Source of the DNA: Dethiosulfovibrio peptidovorans
Lineage (GTDB): Bacteria > Synergistota > Synergistia > Synergistales > Dethiosulfovibrionaceae
DNA length: 64,000 nucleotides
Reading direction: 5' to 3'
Assembly (NCBI GenBank): GCA_002748665.1
Contig: PDTB01000031.1
Location: 890 to 64,889 of the forward strand
A model generated the notes under the pieces. That model had not been told where the DNA came from. It ran no database searches and was given only the letters and a program-made list of their open reading frames with translations. The translations under genes were made by a program, and so were the position numbers. Positions 45,110 through 52,780 of this stretch are shown piece by piece. Numbering within the stretch: the first letter of the stretch is position 1; each line of letters starts with the position of its first letter.

Positions 45110-46558
45110 ATGGATCTTGTTGATTTTTTGTTGGGTTTGGTGTGGAGTCCGCTAACACCTACAGTAATAGTAGCCGTAGCTATATATTTCACTATACGGA
45201 CAAGATTTGTGCAAATAAGAAGAATAAAAGAAATGTTTCTGCTTTTATTCCGTAATAGTGCAAAGACGAGAGAAGGTATCCCTGGGATTCAGTCTTTTAT
45301 GATTTCTGTCGCTGGACGTGTGGGGACAGGCAATGTGGCAGGAGTGGCAGGTGCGATTTGTTTCGGTGGTCCGGGAGCGGTTTTTTGGATGTGTCTAGCT
45401 GCGATTGTAGGAGCGGCTACTTCTTTTATTGAGAGTACGTTGGCTCAGATATACAAGGTCCGTTTTGGAGATGGCGAGTTTCGTGGTGGCACAACGTTCT
45501 ACATTGATAAGGGGCTTGGGCTTCCTTGGTTGGCTATAATTTTTAGTGTGTTTGCTTATTTTGCACAGGGGTTTGGTTTCCATCTACCCAATATGGCATC
45601 AATAGTATCGTCTGCAAAAATGGCTTTTGGAATGAATCCAATTATACCAACTGTTTTTACAGCTATTATATTTGCTTTGATAGTTTTTGGTGGTGTTAAA
45701 AGAATAGGTATTTTTTCTGATAAAGCCGTCCCCTTTATGGCTGGTCTGTATATAGTTTTATGCTTTATTATTTTAATAATGAATATATCAAAAGTCCCAG
45801 GGGCGATAAATTTGATCTTGAGTTCTGCGCTCAATCCAAAATCATTTTTAGGGGGTATGTTGGGTAGTGCAATAACTTGGGGTGTAAAACGTGGATTATA
45901 CTCAAACGAAGCTGGGCTCGGGAGTGCTACTTGTGCAGCCGGTTCTTCTGATGTTGCCCATCCTGCTCAAGAAGGCCTCACTCAAGCTCTAGCAGTGTAC
46001 TTTGATACTTTGTTGATTTGTCTTATTGGATCGGTCACGGTTTTGGCTACGAACAGTTTCAACGTAATAGACGGAGCCGGTAATATGGTAGTGGCGAATA
46101 TCCCTGAAATTGAATCCGGTGTATTGTACATGCAAACTGCTTTTACAAATAATGTCGGCAGCGTAGGCGGTTTTTTGTTGACGGTTTGTGTGTGGTTCTT
46201 CTGTTTCACCTCAATAGTTGCTATGCATTATTACGGAGAAGTTAATATAGTTAAAATATTCAGCAGCAAGCCCAATGCAGCAGCTTTATTTGCGAGAGTT
46301 GTATCCGTGATTGCGATTTTTGTAGGAGGGCTTAGTTACTCTGATTTTGCTTGGGCTATTGGGGATTTGTCCTTAGGTTTGATGGCATTTATCAATGTTC
46401 CTGTTGTTTTAATTCTTGGCAAGTATTCTTTGATTACATTAAAAGATTATGAGAGGCAAAAAGAGGAAGGTGTCGCCAAATTTACATTTGACCCAGAGGC
46501 ACTGGGGATAAAGGGTACAGAGCCAGGCTTATGGAAAGAGCTAGGCGAAAGAGACTAG
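45110..46558 (+). CDS. Alanine/glycine:cation symporter (AGCS family)
   Basis: AGRVGTGNVAGVAGAI and KRGLYSNEAGLGSA motifs typical of AGCS. AT-rich gene. Confidence 0.85.
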   Translation: MDLVDFLLGLVWSPLTPTVIVAVAIYFTIRTRFVQIRRIKEMFLLLFRNSAKTREGIPGIQSFMISVAGRVGTGNVAGVAGAICFGGPGAVFWMCLAAIVGAATSFIESTLAQIYKVRFGDGEFRGGTTFYIDKGLGLPWLAIIFSVFAYFAQGFGFHLPNMASIVSSAKMAFGMNPIIPTVFTAIIFALIVFGGVKRIGIFSDKAVPFMAGLYIVLCFIILIMNISKVPGAINLILSSALNPKSFLGGMLGSAITWGVKRGLYSNEAGLGSATCAAGSSDVAHPAQEGLTQALAVYFDTLLICLIGSVTVLATNSFNVIDGAGNMVVANIPEIESGVLYMQTAFTNNVGSVGGFLLTVCVWFFCFTSIVAMHYYGEVNIVKIFSSKPNAAALFARVVSVIAIFVGGLSYSDFAWAIGDLSLGLMAFINVPVVLILGKYSLITLKDYERQKEEGVAKFTFDPEALGIKGTEPGLWKELGERD

Positions 46559-46598
46559 GTCTTGTTATGTGTAGGAAAATGACAGGGGGGGGATATAA

Positions 46599-47747
46599 GT
46601 GAGTATTGAAAAATTTGAAGAGGTCAGAAGAAAGCAATTCCCATTGACAAGCAGTTGCGCCTATTTGGATACAGCTACGACAGGGATGTTTTCAACAAGA
46701 AGTACGAAGGCCATGATCAATTTTATAGAGCAAAGGTATTCCGATGGAATGGATATTGAGACTTTTTTGAACCATTGGAAGAGCGTGGAGAATGTCAGGG
46801 ATATTGCTGCGAAAGTTATAAATTCAGACAGTGACGAAATATTTTTTTCTGGGTCTGGGTCGGATATGTTGAATGTGTTCTCTCAGGGCATTGAGCTTAA
46901 AAAGGGCGCCAATATTGTCACGTCGGATTTGTCATTCCCCTCTACACCGTATAATTGGTTTAATCGCATAGGAAGAGATAATGTGAGGATTGCCATTTCG
47001 GAGAATGGACAACTGCCTAGCGAAAAATTACTAGAGCTCGTAGATGAAAAAACAGCTGTTATCGCTCTATGCTTGGTGGAAAACACCTCTGGTTTTTATC
47101 ATGACATTCAAGAAATAGGAGAGTTTTGTAAGGCACGGGGAATATATTTAGTTCTTGATATTACCCAGTGTGTTGGAGCGATGAAAATTGATGTCAAGAA
47201 GACTCATGTTGACTTCTTAGTTGCAACCAGCTACAAGTGGCTCAGTGGAGCTTTCGGTATATCGTTTGCGTATGTATCGAAGAGAATTATTGATCAGGTT
47301 CGGCCTAAGTTTGTTGGCTGGACCGGCAATAAAGACAGACATAATCATAGTAGATATAAGTTAGATCTAGCTGATGGGGCAAACCGTTTTGAAACGGGGA
47401 GCTTAAATTGGATAGGGCTCCAAGGCTTGCTTGAGTCTATGAAATTGTATCTTGAACTGAATAAGGAGGATGTAGAAGAGTACATTTTGGGATTGACAGA
47501 TTACCTCTATGAAAAAATAGAAGAGTTTCGGGATGTGAGCTTAGTTGGTCCCTTCCCTAAAAAAAATCGTTCGGGTATCACGTATATTACGTTTCCGAAA
47601 GAATGGATGCTCGACGATAGGATTTTGAGAGAAAATGGGATAAGGGCACATGTTGCAAGTCCTACCAGTATTAGGCTTGCGGTCCATTATTACAACAATA
47701 AATCGGATATCAATAAATTGGTAGCCTTTTTGGGTTCTATGGAATGA
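46599..47747 (+). CDS. Class V aminotransferase-fold PLP enzyme (cysteine desulfurase family-like)
   Basis: CAYLDTATTG..., ...LDITQCVGA..., ATSYKWL (probable PLP Lys). GTG start. AT-rich. Confidence 0.7.
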   Translation: MSIEKFEEVRRKQFPLTSSCAYLDTATTGMFSTRSTKAMINFIEQRYSDGMDIETFLNHWKSVENVRDIAAKVINSDSDEIFFSGSGSDMLNVFSQGIELKKGANIVTSDLSFPSTPYNWFNRIGRDNVRIAISENGQLPSEKLLELVDEKTAVIALCLVENTSGFYHDIQEIGEFCKARGIYLVLDITQCVGAMKIDVKKTHVDFLVATSYKWLSGAFGISFAYVSKRIIDQVRPKFVGWTGNKDRHNHSRYKLDLADGANRFETGSLNWIGLQGLLESMKLYLELNKEDVEEYILGLTDYLYEKIEEFRDVSLVGPFPKKNRSGITYITFPKEWMLDDRILRENGIRAHVASPTSIRLAVHYYNNKSDINKLVAFLGSME

Positions 47748-47850
47748 TGAGGCTTTTAGTGCATAGAGGTATTGTTGTCCCGAACTTTGTCGCTGAGTTT
47801 TGATGATAAATCCCTTGTAGTTTTTTTATAAAATTCGTGAAGGATGTGAT

Positions 47851-48722
47851 TTGAAAATGCCAAGGAAAAAAGAGCGCCTGGATTTTTTGGAAATGAAGAA
47901 GAAAGGGGAGAAGGTAACGTGGATCACCGCATATGACTTCCCAACGGCTATGTTTGCGGAGGCTGCGGGGTTAGACATGATCTTAGTAGGTGACTCACTA
48001 GGTATGGTTGTTCTAGGATATCAAGGCACGATTCCCGTGACGATGGACGACTACTGTATCAGTCACTGTAAGGCCGTTCGTCGGGGTGCACCGAATACCT
48101 TTGTGATGGGGGATATGCCGTTCGGCTCCTATCAAGTCTCGGATGAAGCCGCCGTAGAGAACGCGGTACGTTTTTTTAAGGAATCTGACGTAGACGCGGT
48201 GAAGCTTGAAGGCGGTGTGCGTGTGGAAAGTCGAATCAAAGCTCTCGCTGACAGTGGTGTGTTAGTTTGCGGACATATCGGATTGACGCCGCAGAGTTCT
48301 GGGCCGATGGGCGGATTTAAGGCACAGGGCGTAACACCAGATTCTGCAGTTACGTGATTGAGGATGCTCTTGCGGTTGAGCGGGCGGGTGCGTATGCACT
48401 GTTAGTGGAGGGTATCCCTCCAGAACTAACTGAATTCATCACTCATCGGCTTTCAATTCCAGTATACTCGATAGGAGCAGGATGGCCATGTGATGGACAA
48501 CTGATCATCTGCGGGGACATGCTGGGGCAGTTCCAGGCATTTACACCGAAGTTTGTAAAGAAGTATGCAAATGTGGCAGAGGTGATCACAAACGCCTTCA
48601 AGGCGTATGCAGAAGACGTGAGGTCGGGGAAGTTTCCGAACGACGATTATGTGTACCACATCCGTAAGGGCTGCGAGGTCGAGTATGCGGCCATGCTAAA
48701 GGAATACGAGAAGGAAGAATAA
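47851..48722 (+). pseudogene. panB: 3-methyl-2-oxobutanoate hydroxymethyltransferase (PanB) split by a frameshift near 48350-48357
   Basis: The N-terminal ORF (ITAYDFPTA...LVGDSLGMVVLGY...AVKLEGG...GHIGLTPQS) stops at 48357. The C-terminal part (IEDALAVERAGAYALLVEGIP...YSIGAG) continues in another frame from 48354. Confidence 0.75.
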
Positions 48723-49477
48723 GGTACCCTGCGCTACGTTTGGTCTATTCTGGTGTTTGTTTTGTTGGGGCCCTCGCTGTCTTGGGGCCGTAGGCAATGT
48801 TTGTTGGGATATAGGTGGCTCCCAGAGTCAGCTTGTTTACGATTTTTGTTTATTTGCTGTATTGGTTGTTACATCAGGGAATATAGGGCTAGATCTGTCG
48901 TTTTTATGGGGAGTCCTCGATACTTTATGGATAGGGGACTCCTCTGTTTTTATATTATGAGGCTGTTGACCGCGCAGAGTCTTCTTTCTGTTCAGATGGC
49001 TTACGATGAAAGAGCTTATACAGGTTCCCAATAGTTCTTTGGTGATATCCTCAGCTCTACGGACTGAGGCTTTCCCCAACAGGGAATCTTCCCGCGAACT
49101 TACACGGAGGCGATACCGTTCTATGATAGTCGTATCAAATGGCAGATTGGGTATCTTCAAGGTAGACCTTACTGGCTTTGATCTGAAGCTTCCTGTTGTA
49201 AGAGCCAGTATGTGAGGTGTCCATACGATCAAGAATACGTTGGTAACGTCCTGTCTAGCAGATTGCGTCTGTTTCAGAATCCAGAAAGGAGTGTAGTGTC
49301 TCCTTGACGGCTTCCTTTACTAACTAAAATCCAGATGGGAATGGATCTCCTGTTCTTTGATCCTTATGATTTTATGGAAGCTGTTTTGTGTCTCCCCGTC
49401 GTCATTTATGGTATCGTACATTTGTAATCGCCTTGTTTCGAGATTATATTTGGACTTCAATTTTTTAAAACGTTGGT

Positions 49478-50155
49478 ATGTGTTGGGATATTGAAAAGAC
49501 GCAGAACGGAGGAAATATCACGAGGATAATCGATCTCACCCATGAGATGGCGGAGGGAATGCCCGTCTATCCCGGAACCGAGCCTCCCATATTTCGAAAT
49601 GTTGCCACGTTGGAGAGAGACGGATTCTCGGAGAAAAAGTTGGCTTTTACGAGTCACACCGGGACCCATATGGATGCTCCGGCTCATATCCTTCCCGATG
49701 GAGCCACCTTGGATGCCTTGCCAGTGGATCAATTTATGGGTTCGGCCGTGGTGGTCGATCTTCGGAGAGTAGGTCCGGTAGTTGAACTGAAAGATCTGAA
49801 ACCCTATGAGGAGCGGCTGCGCCAAAGCGAGTATCTTGTGTGTCACACGGGATGGGCTTCTTTTTGGGGACAACAGGGCTACACCCAAGGTTTCCCTGTG
49901 CTCTCGCCCCAAGCATGTGTTTGGGTAGCGTCCCTGGGACTCAAGGGCGTCGCTCTTGATGCTATCTCAGTGGACCCTGTGGAGTCTCTGGATTTGCCGA
50001 ACCACAAGACCATCCTGAACGCCAAAATGGTAATCGTGGAAAACCTCACCAACCTGGAAAGGCTTCCGAGATCGGTGATTCTGTGGTGCCTTCCCCTCAA
50101 AATTGCAGATGCTGATGGTGCTCCGGTCCGGGCCGTGGCTTTGGTCGAACCCTAA
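49478..50155 (+). CDS. Cyclase-family protein (kynurenine formamidase/arylformamidase-like)
   Basis: IIDLTHEM..GMPVYPG and SHTGTHMDAPAH motifs of the putative cyclase family. Confidence 0.8.
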   Translation: MCWDIEKTQNGGNITRIIDLTHEMAEGMPVYPGTEPPIFRNVATLERDGFSEKKLAFTSHTGTHMDAPAHILPDGATLDALPVDQFMGSAVVVDLRRVGPVVELKDLKPYEERLRQSEYLVCHTGWASFWGQQGYTQGFPVLSPQACVWVASLGLKGVALDAISVDPVESLDLPNHKTILNAKMVIVENLTNLERLPRSVILWCLPLKIADADGAPVRAVALVEP

Positions 50156-50613
50156 TGGGGTATGCAGAGTGCGTCGATGCTGGAGAATAGGCCTCTCTTC
50201 GAGTGATCTCTCTCCCTGTCCTACATGAAATCGGAGTCCATAAAATTCAGTGCGTTATAGTGGGCCTAGAAAGTTGTTGGGCCAAAGAATCAGTTAAAGT
50301 CAAAGGCAGACAAGATGCCCCACTGCTGTTTACGGCAAACTCCTCGCCTTTGGCACATGTTCGTACAGCATAGATCGGATTCTCGGAGAGGAGCTCTTCG
50401 ATTTATACAAATTACGAAGTGAGGGTATGAATAGTTGTGGAGTGCTTCAAACATGATCTATACCTATGCATGAAAGGTGATATCGTCAAGGTTGTTGTGT
50501 TCTGTTCATGAATTATTATGTTTGATTGTCGTTGTTAGTCTCCGAGCCTTACATGGATCGACCGTTTTTTTGTACATTCCATGTATAATGATATGTGCTA
50601 TACATGAGTAACA

Positions 50614-50668
50614 CCCCTCTGGAGGCGTCTGTCGGGAAACGGCCTTTGCGTCCAGGGATGTTTTTTTT
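50614..50668 (+). promoter_or_regulatory. Terminator-like hairpin + T8 inside the leader of the 50707 gene (candidate attenuator)
   Basis: CCCT(ct)GGA(g)GCG ... TGC(g)TCCAGGG, then atg-TTTTTTTT, ending 39 nt before the start codon. TATAAT at 50584-50589. Confidence 0.3.
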
Positions 50669-50706
50669 AGGACATGATAGCAACGACAACAAGGAGGTAT
50701 CGGTGA

Positions 50707-51870
50707 ATGAACAGACGGGATGGTGGGGCGATCCTCTGTTCTCAGGATTTGGATGATTTAGTGACTCTTCAGGTTTGGCGCGGGAGCGGTGCTCCTCGTC
50801 TTGGTATTTTCAACAAGGCGAAAGAGAAACTGAAGCCCATCCGTTTTTCCTGGCTTGAGGATTCATCCAGAATTCTTAAGATGCAGAATGGTCGAGGGCA
50901 GTCAGCTGAGTATCGCATGGACGTCATTGACGATGCCGTTAGGGATCTGGTCGCTCAACTTTCTCGTGAGCTGCAGTTTCGTACCCTCTGTCTTAGGGCC
51001 ACGGTCTTACTTCAGGATCTGGCGATCGATCCGAAGGTTATCATGAATAAAAAGGATTTTGCCTTGTTGCCCGAGACAAAACGACGTTCTCTGTGGCTTA
51101 CCGACATCTCCGCTGGCAAGGAGATGGGAGCCTTTTTGCCCTGTTTTTCGATCTCTGACGAGGAGCAGGAGCTTTTTCTCAGAAACGGCAACGAGCGGTA
51201 TATCGATCTTCCCAAAGGGGGCGATTTTCGGGATATCCGGCGTACTGGTATTGTCTCACGACTCGTGTCGATGGTGCCGGTTCGCTGGTATATGCCCTTT
51301 CAAGTGGCTGCAATTGGCTCTATACTGGGTTTTTCTCTGGCGGGCAAGGACGGTATCGATTTTTCCGACGCCCTTTGGGGAGGTGTTACCGAAGGGCGTC
51401 TCGTTCGGAAAGCTGATGACTTAGAGGGGCAAGCTAAAACCCAGGCAGCCTGTTTGGCCTACTCGCTGGTCTCTCTGGTTCGTCATTGGCCGTATGTTCG
51501 GGACATGGATTATAAAGAACATTACGATTCGGACAACGTTCTGAAGGGAGAGGGCTACAGCAGAAAGCGGCGTTTCGATATTCCGGCATCCCAGATAGGC
51601 GAGTTGAGCTACGTGGTGACTGTCTATGAAGGTGCTGAAGACTCTGTAGCCTTTAGGTGTCGGGGGAATGGGCGTACAGTGCTTCACGACGGGGAGATGG
51701 TTTTTAAGATTTCCAAGGATGCTTATGCACGAGCGTTGGTTGCTGATGCATGTAATAGCTCCCTCGATGAGTCGTACTCGGTGATTAGTCTGATTCGGGC
51801 GTGGAGAACCTGGAAATGGTGTCTTCGAATTCGAGAGGTTACGCAACCGGCTCTGATGAGTCATCGTTGA
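50707..51870 (+). CDS. Hypothetical protein, 387 aa, no recognisable domain
   Basis: AAGGAGG sits 9 nt upstream. Long ORF with normal composition, but no motif I can assign. Confidence 0.6.
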   Translation: MNRRDGGAILCSQDLDDLVTLQVWRGSGAPRLGIFNKAKEKLKPIRFSWLEDSSRILKMQNGRGQSAEYRMDVIDDAVRDLVAQLSRELQFRTLCLRATVLLQDLAIDPKVIMNKKDFALLPETKRRSLWLTDISAGKEMGAFLPCFSISDEEQELFLRNGNERYIDLPKGGDFRDIRRTGIVSRLVSMVPVRWYMPFQVAAIGSILGFSLAGKDGIDFSDALWGGVTEGRLVRKADDLEGQAKTQAACLAYSLVSLVRHWPYVRDMDYKEHYDSDNVLKGEGYSRKRRFDIPASQIGELSYVVTVYEGAEDSVAFRCRGNGRTVLHDGEMVFKISKDAYARALVADACNSSLDESYSVISLIRAWRTWKWCLRIREVTQPALMSHR

Positions 51871-51886
51871 TCTAACCGATATCTGT

Positions 51887-51924
51887 AAAGCAGGGGAGCT
51901 CGCTGAAGCGAACTCCCCTGCTTT
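51887..51924. terminator. Hairpin shared by the convergent 50707 gene and the nrd operon (12-bp stem AAAGCAGGGGAG/CTCCCCTGCTTT)
   Basis: Read directly. It begins 4 nt beyond the mini-ORF stop on the minus strand. Confidence 0.55.
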
Positions 51925-51927
51925 CAA

Positions 51928-52068
51928 CTAAACGTTCTTATCGTTGTGCCGAAGAACTTTGTCAAATGTTGTTCTGTCTTTGAACTCCTCTTTTTTTCCC
52001 TTGTTCCACTGGGATACCGGCGAGAGAAAACCGACCACTCGAGAGTATACCTCACATTTCGTTCCCAT
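51928..52068 (-). CDS. Free-standing NrdD-type glycyl-radical domain peptide (46 aa): MGTKCEVYSRVVGFLSPVSQWNKGKKEEFKDRTTFDKVLRHNDKNV
   Basis: Hand-translated, ATG 52068 to TAG 51928, absent from the ORF track (under 60 aa). It matches the canonical C-terminal NrdD segment ..EVYSR(V/I)xG(Y)...WNxGKxxEFxDR. It starts 25 nt after the nrdG stop with an AAGGA upstream. Confidence 0.75.
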   Translation of the reverse strand: MGTKCEVYSRVVGFLSPVSQWNKGKKEEFKDRTTFDKVLRHNDKNV

Positions 52069-52093
52069 GTCCGTCACATCCTTTCGTGTGTCT

Positions 52094-52780
52094 CTATATC
52101 CTGCATATCACCTGTCCAACGTAGGGACGGATAGCAGCGGCGTAGGTCTCCAGTTCTTCCTTTGTGCATCGGCGGGTTTTCTGATACGAGGGATCCAGGA
52201 CGGTCCCTACCGGTCGGAAGTACTGAAGATAGTGTATCTTAGCTCCGGAGACCAACCGCCCGATCCCCTCGGCTGATTGAACATCGTGAAGTCCCGGGAC
52301 GAAGGTGGTTCGAAATTCGTATTCGGGGGCTCTGTTCATGATAAGGTGGATGCTCTGTTTCACCTGCTCCTCGTATCCTGAGACGCCCGCTACGGATGGG
52401 AGTTCATTCAGGGGAGCTTTCACGTCCATAGCCACGTAGTCTACCAAAGATCTGTCGAAGATAGCCTCAAGCCGATCAGGAAAGCTTCCGTTGGTGTCCA
52501 ACTTGATGAGAAGCCCCATATCCCTGATGAGAGCCAGAAACTGAGGAAGGTCTTTGTGCATGGTTGGTTCTCCTCCTGAGACCACGACGCCATCGATGAC
52601 TTTGCGCCTTTTTTTGAGAAAGCTCAAGACCATCTCCTGATCCAGAGGTTCTCCTTGGTCGAGAAGGCCGCCGTTATGACACCAGGGGCAGGCAAATGTG
52701 CACCCCCTGGTGAAGACCATTGAAGCGATTTGCCCTGGATAGTCGATCAGGGTGGTCTTTCGGAGCCCTCCCAGGATCAC
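52094..52780 (-). CDS. nrdG: Anaerobic ribonucleoside-triphosphate reductase activating protein (radical SAM)
   Basis: SLIDYPG-type N-terminus (TLIDYPGQ), CTFACPWCHN cluster motif, VVSGGEPT. GTG start overlaps the nrdD stop (GTGA). Confidence 0.9.
   Translation of the reverse strand: MILGGLRKTTLIDYPGQIASMVFTRGCTFACPWCHNGGLLDQGEPLDQEMVLSFLKKRRKVIDGVVVSGGEPTMHKDLPQFLALIRDMGLLIKLDTNGSFPDRLEAIFDRSLVDYVAMDVKAPLNELPSVAGVSGYEEQVKQSIHLIMNRAPEYEFRTTFVPGLHDVQSAEGIGRLVSGAKIHYLQYFRPVGTVLDPSYQKTRRCTKEELETYAAAIRPYVGQVICRI

Noticed and set aside
49185-49235. Group II intron domain V-like string (AAGAGCCAGTATG...CATACGATC)
   Set aside because: It does not fold into the required 34-nt bulged hairpin, and there is no reverse transcriptase/maturase ORF or other intron domains nearby.
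51944-52276. 110-aa and 62-aa plus-strand ORFs
   Set aside because: They are antisense to the glycyl-radical mini-ORF and the nrdG 3' end, with no RBS and an implausible sequence.
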